64,000 nucleotides of DNA from an uncultured delta proteobacterium (GCA_963702565.1 CAVPDE010000026.1:25235-89234); one strand, 5' to 3'; counted from the first letter of the stretch, positions 1 to 10,252 are shown. The notes: generated by a model from the sequence alone, not told the origin. Numbers and translations are program-made.

Positions 1-392
1 TTTGCGCCCTGGAAGTTGAGGACCAGATTCTGCAGGAAGATGGAAACCCCCAAAGCGCTGAGAAGCAGGTTCATTCGAGGGGCTTTCCTGAGCGGCCGGT
101 AAGCGAAACGCTCGACAAGAATGCCCAGGCCCCCCGAGAGCCCCATGGCCATGACGATCATGAAAGCAATCAGGACGCCGGCGTTCACAAAGGGAACGTT
201 GTTTCCGGTCAGCAGGGCGAGCACCCACCACGCGACAAAGCCGCCGATCATGTAGATCTCGCCGTGGGCGAAGTTGAGCATGAACAGGATGCCGTAGACC
301 ATGGTGTAGCCGATGGCGATGAGGGCATAAACCCCTCCGAGGGTGAGGCCATTGACCAGCTGCTGCGGCAATTGCTGCAAATAAATGTCCAT
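1..392 (-). CDS. livH: branched-chain amino acid ABC transporter permease (runs off the window)
   Basis: Translated by hand from ATG 392: MDIYLQQLPQQLVNGLTLGGVYALIAIGYTMVYGILFMLNFAHGEIYMIG...ERFAYRPLR; LivH signature NFAHGE; follows the binding-protein gene. Confidence 0.9.
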   Translation of the reverse strand, partial: MDIYLQQLPQQLVNGLTLGGVYALIAIGYTMVYGILFMLNFAHGEIYMIGGFVAWWVLALLTGNNVPFVNAGVLIAFMIVMAMGLSGGLGILVERFAYRPLRKAPRMNLLLSALGVSIFLQNLVLNFQGA

Positions 393-394
393 GA

Positions 395-448
395 AAAAGA
401 CCACAAAAAAACAAAGGTCCTAACCATGAGGAGCGGTTAGGACCTTTG
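395..448 (-). terminator. intrinsic terminator-like hairpin between livK and livH
   Basis: 14-bp stem CAAAGGTCCTAACC (412-425)/GGTTAGGACCTTTG (435-448) followed on the minus strand by TTTTTTTGTGGTCTTTTT. Confidence 0.7.
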
Positions 449-460
449 AAGCGAACATGC

Positions 461-1621
461 TTACTTCCCTGTCATCACCGCGACCTGTTTGAAATCCTTC
501 CCCACGACCTTGAAGAAGTAGGTGGCACCTCCCTCGAGATCTCCCTTTTTGTCAAAGGTGACGGGGAATCCCAGCATCCCTTTGTAGCCCTTGGTTTCGG
601 CCACGTTTTTCAACACCTCTTCGCGGCTGATGGTGCCGTCTGCAGCCGCCTTGTTGATGGCGGTGAGCAGGATGTTCATGGCTTCATACGCAGGGGGACC
701 GAACCCGCTGATGGTCCCGTACTTGGCTTCAAACTTCTTGACGTACCCGGCCGCCTCAGGAATGGCAAATACGTCAGGGGCAAAGTGGTACACATAAGCT
801 CCCTCTGCCGCGCCTTCTGAAGCCTGGATGAAATCCTTCTTGTCCCTGGCGCCTTCTGTCCCGAAGAAGACCGCCTTGATCCCAAGCTCCTTGGCCTGTC
901 GGACGCCGATCGCCTGATCCGGCGCAGTGGTTGCCACAAAGAAGAGCACATCAGGCCCGTAGGCCTTCACTTTTGTCAGGACAGAGGAGTAATCCTTGGC
1001 TCCTGCCACGATCGTGTCCTGCATGATATCGGTGATGCCGAGTTTCTTGAGACCGTTGATGGTTTCGCTCGCTATATTTTCGCAATAGGCGACCTTTTCA
1101 TTGAGCACGGCGACTTTCTTGGCTTTGAGCTCCCTCTGAATGAAAAGAGCGCAGTTCCAGCCGTGAGCATCGTTCCGGGCATTCACCCGGAAGAAATGCT
1201 TGAAGCCCTGATCCGTGAGATCGGGCTTTGAAGCCGCGGTGGTGATGCAAGCGAGGTTCGCGCCCCCGTAAATCTTCATGGTGGCCTGCGCAATGTGGCT
1301 CATGGGAGGCCCGACCACGCCGTAGATCAGGCTGTCTGCCACGAACTTGTTCGCCACGTTGACGCCCTGGGCAGGGTCCATGGCATCATCGCCCATGACC
1401 TGCTCGATCTTGACCCCCTTGATGCCTCCCTTTTCGTTCCACTCATCGATGGCAATTTGAGCCGAGTTATAGATTTCCATGCACGGTGCAGCCGCATCGC
1501 CGGTGAAGGCTCCCGCATTGCCGACCTTAATTCCCTTGGATACGTCTGCGCTGAAGGCCGGCGCGGAAAACGCCAGCAGCATTCCCACCACAAGAACGAA
1601 GAAAACCAGACTTCTCCTCAT
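461..1621 (-). CDS. livK: branched-chain amino acid ABC transporter substrate-binding protein (LivJ/LivK family)
   Basis: Signal peptide, N..GGIKG, DDAMDPAQG, LTDQGFKHFFRV, FDKKGDL motifs; adjacent livH. Confidence 0.85.
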   Translation of the reverse strand: MRRSLVFFVLVVGMLLAFSAPAFSADVSKGIKVGNAGAFTGDAAAPCMEIYNSAQIAIDEWNEKGGIKGVKIEQVMGDDAMDPAQGVNVANKFVADSLIYGVVGPPMSHIAQATMKIYGGANLACITTAASKPDLTDQGFKHFFRVNARNDAHGWNCALFIQRELKAKKVAVLNEKVAYCENIASETINGLKKLGITDIMQDTIVAGAKDYSSVLTKVKAYGPDVLFFVATTAPDQAIGVRQAKELGIKAVFFGTEGARDKKDFIQASEGAAEGAYVYHFAPDVFAIPEAAGYVKKFEAKYGTISGFGPPAYEAMNILLTAINKAAADGTISREEVLKNVAETKGYKGMLGFPVTFDKKGDLEGGATYFFKVVGKDFKQVAVMTGK

Positions 1622-1819
1622 TGCCCTTCTCCTTTTCAGTGTTTATAATGAATCGACATCGCCCTTGATACGAAAGCCCTTGCTGCGGGTTCATTCCCTG
1701 CACAAAGGCTATTCTCTGCACTCGCAAAAGGTTCTTTAACAGACCCTGGTCCGACTGTCAAATGGATGGGGGTGTTGAGTTATGGAGACCTTTGCCGAGG
1801 CAAGACTCCAAAAGAGAGT

Positions 1820-2218
1820 TTAGCCCCGGATGACCGTCTTCGGGCTGTTTTCCTTCAGCAGGGCCTTGGCCATTTTTCCTGCCTGGTCGTACCGCCTCAG
1901 ACCCTCATCGATGAATTCTTCATCCTGATCTTTGTTTGCCTCGACAAAGACCGCTTTGAGAATGCTCACCCGTTGCTCGATCGCTTGAGCGGGTGCGTCT
2001 TCAGCCGACTCCTGGTCTGCCGGAACAGGAGGCACGCCCATGAGGATGTACCAGACCAGGTTCTCAAGGTCCGGGAGCACGCCGCTCTTGTTCAGGTCGA
2101 CGGAGTTTCTGAACTCGTGGTACGCTTTGATAAAACGGTCCTTGTCAGCCACTCTGAGGGTACCCCTGAAAAAACGCTTTCCATCTCTTACACCATGTCC
2201 ATCGGCTATGGCAAGCAC
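1820..2218 (-). CDS. hypothetical protein (start possibly GTG 2152)
   Basis: Protein-like acidic, helical ORF filling the gap; no family recognised. Confidence 0.55.
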   Translation of the reverse strand: MLAIADGHGVRDGKRFFRGTLRVADKDRFIKAYHEFRNSVDLNKSGVLPDLENLVWYILMGVPPVPADQESAEDAPAQAIEQRVSILKAVFVEANKDQDEEFIDEGLRRYDQAGKMAKALLKENSPKTVIRG

Positions 2219-2352
2219 TGAGGCGGGCTCCCGGAGGGAAGTGGATTTCCGGAGCGGAGCGACAAAAGCGATATTGACAGGTGGTCTAATAAATGGTAAA
2301 CGCGTACCAGAATATGGACCGTGGGTTTGACCCCCTCAGCAAAGGCGCTTCG

Positions 2353-3708
2353 ATGACCTCCAAACCCTTCGCCACGCTTTGCCGATTCCTGTCTGAGACG
2401 GATCTCAGCGCTCTCCCCCCATCAGTCATCGACCATGCCCGACAGGTTCTTGTGGACACGCTAGGAGTGATCATTGCAGGGTCCGGAGTCCCCGAGGTGA
2501 ATCGGGTTGCCGACCGGTTGTCGCCGTCGTGTCGGAAAGAGGAGGGGGTGACCTGTCCGGGCCGCGCCGGAGGGTTTGAGCCCCTTTTCGCTGTACTGCT
2601 CAACGGCATCGCCGGCTCCAGTCTTGAATTCGAAGAAGGAAATTCCAGGGCCATGGGCCATCCGGCGATCCAGCTTGTTCCTGCTCTTGCCGCTGACGCG
2701 GAAGCCGGGGGCCTCTCCGGAAGGGATCTCCTGCGGGGCCTTGTCCTGGGGTATGAGACGGCGAGCCGGCTGAGCCGGGCCTCCTCGATGCGCAAAGGCC
2801 TTCACCCCACTGGGACCTGGGGAGTGGTCGGTTCTGCCCTAGGGGTTGGCTGTAGCCGGCAAAAGGGAGACGAGGCGCTTGAGCAGATCGGAAACATTGC
2901 CGCCTCCTATGCTTTCTCGCCCTATGTGAAGAACTCCTTTGTCGGAAAAAATGTGGCGAGCACTTTCGCAGGCCTTGTGAGCCAGGCCGCTCTCCTGGCC
3001 AATCTGTTCTTCGAAACAGGCTTTCGCGCGGATGAAGGTTGTCTGGAAATGACCTTTTCCCAATTTCTCTCCGATCGTTTCGACCCGCAGGTCCTCGTGG
3101 CAGGGCTGGGAGACGAATACGCGATTACCGAAAATTATTTCAAACCTTATCCCTCCTGCCGATTCACTCACCCCGCCCTGGATGCTCTGGAACAAATCCT
3201 TCAGGAAAAGAAGATTGCCCCTGGAGAGATCGCGAGGATCTCGGTCACCACCTTCAAAGCTGCGGTTCACACGGCTTCGAAGCCACCGGACAATGTGGAG
3301 GCCATGCGCTTCTCCGTTCCTTATCTGATCGCAGCCAGGCTCTGCCGCGGCCCAATCGATCTTAGAACAATGGATCACGGCATTGTCCGTGATCCGCAGG
3401 TGATGGAGCTGGCGGGCAGGGTGCAAATGCTTTTGTCCCATGAGTACGAACACCTGCGGCCCGGGAGGAATCCTGCGAAGGTGACCCTTCACCTCAAGGG
3501 TGGACAGGAGGTGACCCGGGAGGTGATGGACTGCCTGGGGGATCCTCTCAAACCGATGCCAAGGGAGGACCTGGTGGCCAAATTCCTCGACCTTGCAGGG
3601 CCCGTGATCGGTAAAGACAGAGGAAAGGAATTCCTCGAAAGGGTGCAGGGGTTGGAATCCGTCGATAATGTCAGGCCTCTCCTACGCATGCTGCGGCCGG
3701 GAGCGTAG
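2353..3708 (+). CDS. MmgE/PrpD family protein
   Basis: DTLGVIIAG, NG....LEFEE...GHP, GYE, KPYPSCRFTHP, FSVPY, GDP.KPM motifs; ATG 2353 preferred over 2293 because a TTGACA (2274) promoter overlaps the longer start. Confidence 0.9.
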   Translation: MTSKPFATLCRFLSETDLSALPPSVIDHARQVLVDTLGVIIAGSGVPEVNRVADRLSPSCRKEEGVTCPGRAGGFEPLFAVLLNGIAGSSLEFEEGNSRAMGHPAIQLVPALAADAEAGGLSGRDLLRGLVLGYETASRLSRASSMRKGLHPTGTWGVVGSALGVGCSRQKGDEALEQIGNIAASYAFSPYVKNSFVGKNVASTFAGLVSQAALLANLFFETGFRADEGCLEMTFSQFLSDRFDPQVLVAGLGDEYAITENYFKPYPSCRFTHPALDALEQILQEKKIAPGEIARISVTTFKAAVHTASKPPDNVEAMRFSVPYLIAARLCRGPIDLRTMDHGIVRDPQVMELAGRVQMLLSHEYEHLRPGRNPAKVTLHLKGGQEVTREVMDCLGDPLKPMPREDLVAKFLDLAGPVIGKDRGKEFLERVQGLESVDNVRPLLRMLRPGA

Positions 3709-3723
3709 AAAGAGAGAACCACT

Positions 3724-4308
3724 TTGGGCACTAACACAAAGCACGGCAAACGAGAAAACTCAGACCAGCAGTGTGAGATCCTTAAGAGAATAGGGAGCAA
3801 GATCCGTATCGAGCGCAACCGTCTCGGGCTTTCGCTGGAAGCTCTGGCAAGGAAAGTCGGCATCAGCAAGATGACCCTCCACCGGATCGAGACGGGCACG
3901 ACGTCTCCTTCAGTGATTACCCTGACGGAAATCTCCTTCCATCTCAAGAAACCGATCGAGTCCCTCATCCATGAGGGCGAACCGAAGGTCATTCTCATCA
4001 AGAAAGCGGAACAGGATAACATAATGGATCCTGAGAGCGGGATCAGGGTCCTTGCGCCGAGAGGCCTCATTACCGACCGGATCACCCTGACCTCGGCGGA
4101 ACTCAAGAAGGGATACGCCATTGAGACCCATGTCAATCACGGGTTTGAGTGGGCTTTCCTGATCAAGGGCAAAGCGGTGGTCACGGTGGCCGGAAAAGAC
4201 TATCCCATGCATGGAGGAGACTGCATTTTCTACGATGCTCACTTTCCTCACTCCATCAGGGTTAAGGAGAAAATCCAGTATGTAGGTCTTTTTTTGAAGG
4301 ATGAATGA
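3724..4308 (+). CDS. XRE-family HTH regulator with C-terminal cupin sensor
   Basis: LSLEALARKVGISKMTLHRIETG HTH; H.HGFEW...GD.IFYDAHFPH cupin. Confidence 0.9.
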   Translation: MGTNTKHGKRENSDQQCEILKRIGSKIRIERNRLGLSLEALARKVGISKMTLHRIETGTTSPSVITLTEISFHLKKPIESLIHEGEPKVILIKKAEQDNIMDPESGIRVLAPRGLITDRITLTSAELKKGYAIETHVNHGFEWAFLIKGKAVVTVAGKDYPMHGGDCIFYDAHFPHSIRVKEKIQYVGLFLKDE

Positions 4309-4316
4309 GGAAGAGA

Positions 4317-4352
4317 TGGAGTAGTGGAGTACTGGAGTCATGGAGTATTGGA
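4317..4352 (+). repeat. octamer tandem repeat (TGGAGTRN)n
   Basis: TGGAGTAG TGGAGTAC TGGAGTCA TGGAGTAT; same family at 40.3, 44.3, 47.1 and 53.5 kb. Confidence 0.8.
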
Positions 4353-4461
4353 TGAGGAAGGGATAAAGAGTAACGGGTGAATAGGACCAGCCTTAGCATC
4401 CGCTGGCCGATGGTCTTTATCGTTGGCTTTCATTAACCACTTTTAGATGGAGGAAGGGAAC

Positions 4462-5469
4462 ATGAAAAGATTGGCGGTGTTTTTCGCAGTAATGATGATC
4501 GTCGTGTTCGCGGGCGCCCAGGTTTTGGCTCAGGACGTAGTCCGCATGCGCTTCGGGCATGTGGCGCCTCCCATGCATGCGCAGCACAAGGCGTCGGAGT
4601 GGTTTGCCCAATATGTGGAAAAAGAGTCGGGCGGAAGGATCAAGTGCTCCACCCATCCCCAGGGCCAGCTCGGAGCCCACAACCAGATGCTCGAGCAGCT
4701 TCAGGTCGGTACCCTGGAAGTGACTTCCGTGGCAGGTTCCGCACTGACGGACTTCGTATCGGAGATCGCCCTCATTTCACTCCCCTTCATGTTCAACACG
4801 ACGGAAGAGATGTTTCTCCTTCTGGACAGCCCGGTGGGCAAGAAAATCGAAGCCGCCTTCGGGCCCAGGAAGCTTTACTGCGGCGGTTTTACCACTCACG
4901 GCTTCAAGGCTTTCCTCAACCGGAAGAGCGCCATCACCAAGATCGAAGACATGGGCCAGAGCAAGTGGCGGGTCATCCCCAATGAGTTGTTCATCGACAC
5001 GTACAAAGCCATGGGAGTCAGCCCTGTGACCCTGCCCTGGCCAGAGGTCTTCAGTGCCCTGCAGAGAGGAGTGATCGATGGAATCGATCTCACGCCCAAC
5101 GAAACCTGGGGAGCGAAGATCTATGAAGTGGTGAAGTACATGTCCCTGTGCAAGCTGGGCCAGAATCCCCAGGTCTATGTGGCGAGCCCCATCTTTCTGG
5201 AAAAGCTTCCGCCTGACCTGAAAGCCATAGTGATCAAGGGGATGAAGGAAGCGGCCAAGTGGCATACCGCCAAAGTGATGGAAGAGGACTCCACGGTGGT
5301 TATGCCGGACCTCAAGACAAAGGGCCTGCAGATCAACGAGGTGAGCGCCGCAGAACTTGAGAAATTCAGAAATGCCGTCAAACCGGTCCACGACAAGTGG
5401 AAGGCAAAATTGGGAGCAGAGATTTACGACGAGTCTGTGGCGTTCCTGAAAAAAGCCAGGCAGAAGTAG
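4462..5469 (+). CDS. dctP: TRAP transporter substrate-binding protein
   Basis: Signal peptide, VEKESGGRI..HP.GQLG, LPFMF, EVFSALQRGVIDG. Confidence 0.92.
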   Translation: MKRLAVFFAVMMIVVFAGAQVLAQDVVRMRFGHVAPPMHAQHKASEWFAQYVEKESGGRIKCSTHPQGQLGAHNQMLEQLQVGTLEVTSVAGSALTDFVSEIALISLPFMFNTTEEMFLLLDSPVGKKIEAAFGPRKLYCGGFTTHGFKAFLNRKSAITKIEDMGQSKWRVIPNELFIDTYKAMGVSPVTLPWPEVFSALQRGVIDGIDLTPNETWGAKIYEVVKYMSLCKLGQNPQVYVASPIFLEKLPPDLKAIVIKGMKEAAKWHTAKVMEEDSTVVMPDLKTKGLQINEVSAAELEKFRNAVKPVHDKWKAKLGAEIYDESVAFLKKARQK

Positions 5470-5526
5470 AGATGCAGGGAAAGGCCGGGGCAAAGGCAGA
5501 GACAACTAGGCGAGAAGGATTCAGGC

Positions 5527-6045
5527 ATGCAAGGGAGCGTGATCTCTAGGATCGGTCGGACGTTGAACCGTGTGGAGGAGTATGTGCTCTTTCTGATGGT
5601 TCTTCAGATGGGAATCTCTGTCTTTATCCAGGTCATTATGCGGTACCTCTTTCAGTCCGCCATTACCTGGTTGGATGAGTTGGTGCACATAGAGGTCGTT
5701 TTCCTGACCTTCTTCGGTGCCAGCCTGTGCGTCAAGTACAGTGCCCATATCTCCGTAGACGCACTGAAAAAGAGTGTTCATAAGGAGCCTTACCGGAGTG
5801 TGATGGAGGCCCTCAACCATCTCGTCATGGCCGCCTATGTTTCGATTGTCGTCTCTTTCGGAATGACTCTGATTTCAGCTATGACGACCCATACCCATTA
5901 CACGCCCACCCTGAGGATTCCCAAACATTACCTCTACTTCGTGGTCTGTGTCGCCCTGGCATTGATCGGGGTTAGGAGCCTCCTGGGAGTCTACCGGACG
6001 CTCCGAACGGCAAGAACCGGTCCAGGGGAGGAGGTCAAGCCATGA
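5527..6045 (+). CDS. dctQ: TRAP transporter small permease
   Basis: QVIMRY, W.DEL, HISVD motifs; about 4 TM segments. Confidence 0.9.
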   Translation: MQGSVISRIGRTLNRVEEYVLFLMVLQMGISVFIQVIMRYLFQSAITWLDELVHIEVVFLTFFGASLCVKYSAHISVDALKKSVHKEPYRSVMEALNHLVMAAYVSIVVSFGMTLISAMTTHTHYTPTLRIPKHYLYFVVCVALALIGVRSLLGVYRTLRTARTGPGEEVKP

Positions 6046-7316
6046 CGCCCATTGTCGTCGGGGTTGTGGTTGTCCTCATGGCTCTAGGGGTGCCTCTGGC
6101 CGCAGTGGTGGGCGTTGCGGCACTCCTGTGCGTCATTTCTTTTACCAGCATACCGCCGCAGGCCCTGTTCCAGCAGCTCTATCAGGGCTCGGAGTATGAT
6201 CTGCTCCAGGCTGTGGTCTTTTTCATCGTGGCCGGAAACGTCATGACCCGGGGCAGTCTGGCCTCCCGACTCATCAAGGTCGGGCAGGCCCTGGTCGGAG
6301 GCTTCTCAGGAGGCCTAGCGATCACGTCGGTTCTTTTGTGCATGTTCTTTGCCGCTATCTCCGGTTCGTCCCCTGCGACGGTGGTGGCCATCGGGACCAT
6401 CATGATTCCCGCCCTCATCAAGAGCGGTTATAATGAACGTTTTTCCGTGGGACTCCTGACCTGCGCCGGTTCCCTGGGGATCATGATTCCGCCGAGCATC
6501 CCCATGATCATCTGGGCGGTGGTGGTCGGCGTTTCCGTGACCAAGCAGTTCACCGCAGGGTTCCTCCCCGGAATCCTGATCGGGCTGGCTTTGATGGCCT
6601 ATTCCTATGTCATGGCGCGAAAGCGCGGGTGGCGCGTTTCAAGGAAAATCTCATGGCAGGAGCTGATCGAGGCGCTCAAACAAGGCGCCTGGGGCCTTTT
6701 CATGCCTTTTCTGGTGTTGGGAGGGATCTACTCCGGCGCGTTCACGGCGACAGAGGCTGCAGCGGTTGCCTTTGTCTACGCGCTCCTGGTGGAGCTTTTC
6801 ATTCACCGGAGCATCCGCGTGAAAGACATGATGCCCATTTTCAAGGAGTCGGTGCTCACCTCGGCCATGCTCCTGTTCATCATTGCCAATGCCTCTGTGC
6901 TTTCCTACTACTTCAGCGTGGACCAGATCCCTGAGCGAGTGGCGGATTTTCTCATCCGGTACATCGACAGTCGGTTCATGTTCTTGCTCCTGGTGAATGT
7001 CGCGCTCCTCATCATGGGGTGCTTCATGGACGTCGTCTCCGCCATGCTGGTACTGGGGCCCGTGTTTGTGCCCTTGCTTCAGAGATTTGAAATCGACTTC
7101 ATCCACTTCGGCATCATCATGGTGCTCAACATTGAAATCGGTTTTCTGACACCACCGTTTGGGGTGAATCTTTTCGTGGCATCAGGTGTTACGGGCAAGG
7201 ATGTGCTGGAAGTGGCACGCTCCGTGGCTCCTTACCTGGTCATCATGCTGGGCATGCTGTTCCTGATCACCTATGTCCCATGGATTTCTTTGGTGTTGAC
7301 ACGCTTTGTCGAATAG
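6042..7316 (+). CDS. dctM: TRAP transporter large permease
   Basis: FFAAISGSSPAT, IPPSIPMII, TATEAA, HFGII, TPPFGVNLF. Confidence 0.93.
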   Translation: MTPIVVGVVVVLMALGVPLAAVVGVAALLCVISFTSIPPQALFQQLYQGSEYDLLQAVVFFIVAGNVMTRGSLASRLIKVGQALVGGFSGGLAITSVLLCMFFAAISGSSPATVVAIGTIMIPALIKSGYNERFSVGLLTCAGSLGIMIPPSIPMIIWAVVVGVSVTKQFTAGFLPGILIGLALMAYSYVMARKRGWRVSRKISWQELIEALKQGAWGLFMPFLVLGGIYSGAFTATEAAAVAFVYALLVELFIHRSIRVKDMMPIFKESVLTSAMLLFIIANASVLSYYFSVDQIPERVADFLIRYIDSRFMFLLLVNVALLIMGCFMDVVSAMLVLGPVFVPLLQRFEIDFIHFGIIMVLNIEIGFLTPPFGVNLFVASGVTGKDVLEVARSVAPYLVIMLGMLFLITYVPWISLVLTRFVE

Positions 7317-7356
7317 AGGGTTCAGACAAGAGCGCAACGATTAGAGGAGGGATGCA

Positions 7357-8661
7357 ATGATCAAGTTATTGCTGAAAAAAGGCAACCTTCAGGCTGATCT
7401 CCCCTCAAGCTGGGAAGTGAAGCACACGATCTTTAAAGAAGCTCAGCCGGTCCGGTCCGGGCTCCAGGAGACGATGATGCAGGCTCTTTCAAAGCCCATT
7501 GGATCGCCAAAGCTGGAGGAACTCTTGAAGACATCCTCCAAAGTGGCGATTGTCGTGGACGACCTGACCCGTCACACGCCGGTCAGCGATTTGCTGCCGG
7601 GGCTCTTGAAAGTGATTGAGAGCAAGGGAGTTCCCAAGGGGAATGTGACCATCGTGATCGGCACAGGGACTCACAGACCCATGGACCAAAAGGAGATCGA
7701 GGCCAGGCTCGGTAAAGGCGTGGCCCGGGCGTACCGGGTGGAGAATCACGATGCCCGCGCTAAAGACCTCGTGGTCATGGGCGAGCTTCCGGGCTACGGG
7801 AAGATCTCCTTCAATGCCACGGTCATGAAAGCGGATGTGAAGATCGCTGTGGGAACCATCATCCCTCACGTGCACAACGGTTTCGGCGGCGGCCCCAAGA
7901 ACATCATGCCTGCCATCTGCAATTTCGACACCGTGCGGAAACATCATCTGAAAACGGCGCTCCATGCTCGCGCGCGGGTCGGGGTCGCGGAGTCCAACCC
8001 CTTTCTCGACGATGTGACGGCGATTGCCCGGTTGGCGCGGATGAGCTTCAGCCTCCAGTGCCTCAACGATTCCTTCGGCAACGTCTATGAGATCCTGGCA
8101 GGAGATGTGTTCGACGTGTTCCAGGCCGGGATCCGGCGGCAAAGTCAGGCGCTGGGTGTCGCGGTGTCCAGTAAGACCGATGCCACCATTGTTTCCGCTT
8201 TCCCCTATGATGAAGGCGTGCAGATCATGAAGTCCTTCATGCCCTCAGCCATGGTGACCAAACTCGGGGGGAACATCCTGGTGGTGACGGAGCTGCAGGA
8301 ACCTTTGCCTGCGTTCTTTCTTGACAGCATTCGCAAGATCAAAGGAGACGATGCCTGCGTCATTGACCCTGGGGCAGCGGAGAAGTTGAACCGTTGCGAG
8401 CCTCTCATCGAGGGAGTGGGAGTGGATTTCAACATGGCTCTCATCCTCGTGCTGGCGGTGGCCAAGAAATTCAACCTGTCGCTCATCGGGCACGAAGTGC
8501 TGCAGGACCTGGCCAAGGCCATGGAGTGCAAGTGGTATCCGGACCTGAACACCGCCTTGCAGGAGGAGAGCAAGAAGGGCGAAAAGAAAACGGTGAGCGT
8601 CATCCCGGCAGGAGGGTACATTTTCCCGATCATTTCGGAACCCTTCGAGCTTCTGGGATAA
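7357..8661 (+). CDS. LarA-family nickel-pincer 2-hydroxyacid racemase/epimerase homologue
   Basis: VVDDLTRHTP, GTGTHRPM, NHD, PHVHNGFGGGPK and downstream HH match conserved LarA motifs; substrate unknown. Confidence 0.85.
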   Translation: MIKLLLKKGNLQADLPSSWEVKHTIFKEAQPVRSGLQETMMQALSKPIGSPKLEELLKTSSKVAIVVDDLTRHTPVSDLLPGLLKVIESKGVPKGNVTIVIGTGTHRPMDQKEIEARLGKGVARAYRVENHDARAKDLVVMGELPGYGKISFNATVMKADVKIAVGTIIPHVHNGFGGGPKNIMPAICNFDTVRKHHLKTALHARARVGVAESNPFLDDVTAIARLARMSFSLQCLNDSFGNVYEILAGDVFDVFQAGIRRQSQALGVAVSSKTDATIVSAFPYDEGVQIMKSFMPSAMVTKLGGNILVVTELQEPLPAFFLDSIRKIKGDDACVIDPGAAEKLNRCEPLIEGVGVDFNMALILVLAVAKKFNLSLIGHEVLQDLAKAMECKWYPDLNTALQEESKKGEKKTVSVIPAGGYIFPIISEPFELLG

Positions 8662-8754
8662 AGGGGTAGTGGCGAAGTTGTTCGCGAGGCATGTGGCTAT
8701 CCAAAAGCCACCAATACCCCGATTTGGAAGGGCTAGTGAGACAGTGAGGAAGCA

Positions 8755-9891
8755 ATGAAAAAGCTCATGACAGGCAACGAAGCGGCGGCGCTTGCGGCCA
8801 AGATGGCGAAGCCTCAAGTCATTGCCGCTTATCCGATCACCCCTCAGACCAGCATAGCGGAAAAGCTCGCCGCCTACGTGGCCGGAGGAGAGCTCAAGTC
8901 CCGGTACATCAAGGTGGAATCCGAGACATCGGCTCTTGCGGCCTGCATCGGGGGGTCGCTTTCAGGGGCCAGGGTTTTCACGGCCACGTCCTCCCAAGGG
9001 CTCGCGCTGATGCACGAGCTCCTTCACTGGGCCTCAGGAGCGAGGCTTCCCATTCTGCTGGTGGATGTGAACCGCTCCATGGCAGCGCCCTGGTCTCTGG
9101 GGGTGGACCACAATGACACGCTCTCCCAGAGAGACACAGGCTGCCTGCAGATCTACTGCGAAACCGCCCAGGAGGTTCTGGATAACATTCTGATCGCCTT
9201 CAAGCTCGCCGAGAAAGCTCTGCTTCCCACCATGGTCTGCATGGACGGGTTTCTGCTTTCTCATTACTCGGAGCCTGTAGAGGTCCCGGACCAGGAAGCA
9301 GTGGACCGTTTTCTTCCCCCGCGAAAAGCCCAATACCGCATGGACCCCAACGACCCGTACACTTTCGGAGGGGGAGTGAGCGGCCAGGTGTTATTTGAAC
9401 TCCGGCAGCGGATGCAGGAAGACATGGACCAGGTGCCGGCCCAACTCTCTCGCATTTGCAAGGAATTCGCTCTTCAGTTCGGCCGGAGATACGAAGCGGT
9501 TGAAGTGGTCAGGGAGGAGGGCGCTGATCTGGCGATGATCACCACAGGCACTATGGCGGGAACCGTCAAAGCCTTTGTGCAGGAAAACAAAACCGTGGGG
9601 CTGGTGAAGATAAGGCTCTTTCGACCCTTCCCGGGTAAAGAACTGAGAAAGGCTCTCAAGGGATTCAAGAAAATTGTAGTCATTGACCGGAATCTTTCGC
9701 CCGGAGCCGGAGGGATTTTTGCCCAGGAGATCAAGGCGGCGCTCTACGGTGGCAGGAAACGAATCCCCATCGTCAGCGTCATCGGAGGGCTCGGCGGCGT
9801 GGACGTGACCAAGGACCACCTGGACAGGTTGGTCTCAGGCATCAGGCAGCAGCGCAAGGTCCCGGCCCAACGCCTCTGGATGGAAGTGTAG
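8755..9891 (+). CDS. 2-oxoacid:ferredoxin oxidoreductase alpha subunit (PorA-like)
   Basis: GNEAAA, AYPITPQT, VESE, TATSSQGL, RLFRPFP. Confidence 0.9.
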   Translation: MKKLMTGNEAAALAAKMAKPQVIAAYPITPQTSIAEKLAAYVAGGELKSRYIKVESETSALAACIGGSLSGARVFTATSSQGLALMHELLHWASGARLPILLVDVNRSMAAPWSLGVDHNDTLSQRDTGCLQIYCETAQEVLDNILIAFKLAEKALLPTMVCMDGFLLSHYSEPVEVPDQEAVDRFLPPRKAQYRMDPNDPYTFGGGVSGQVLFELRQRMQEDMDQVPAQLSRICKEFALQFGRRYEAVEVVREEGADLAMITTGTMAGTVKAFVQENKTVGLVKIRLFRPFPGKELRKALKGFKKIVVIDRNLSPGAGGIFAQEIKAALYGGRKRIPIVSVIGGLGGVDVTKDHLDRLVSGIRQQRKVPAQRLWMEV

Positions 9892-9962
9892 ATCATTGAA
9901 CAATGGACATTGAAGACTAAGAGTTGACATCTGTTTTTCGAATCAGCAATTCAGCCTGAAAA

Positions 9963-10218
9963 GCTGGGGATGGTCCCTTTTCTGGAATACCTGGCGGGAG
10001 GCCTTCCTCATTTCAAAGGAGTTACGGAATGGGGGACCCGATGGCCCCGAGCGAACGCGAGGGGAACAGCGAGGGGGGAGGCACTGCCCGCCGCAGTCGC
10101 GAGCCGAGAGGCGAAGCGGGCGGGCATCACCCGTCCGTAACTCCTTGAAATGAGCAGGCCGGGAGCCTTGGCCGCCTCTGGCGGCCTCGGTATGGAAGAA
10201 AAGGGAGCATCCTCCAGC
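9963..10218. repeat. nested inverted-repeat (MITE-like) insertion between the alpha and beta genes
   Basis: Inner IR CTCATTTCAAAGGAGTTACGGA (10007-10028)/TCCGTAACTCCTTGAAATGAG (10134-10154); outer imperfect IR 9963-9991/10189-10218. Confidence 0.75.
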
Positions 10219-10252
10219 AGAGCGACGATGCGCAAGGCACTAAGGATTTGGG

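Noticed and set aside
1622..1745. Riboswitch in the livK leader
   Set aside because: A hairpin is possible (about 1676-1711) but I recognise no known aptamer consensus.
2283..2320. Imperfect inverted repeat as operator of the XRE regulator
   Set aside because: Only 10 of 16 positions pair and there is no second copy to support it.
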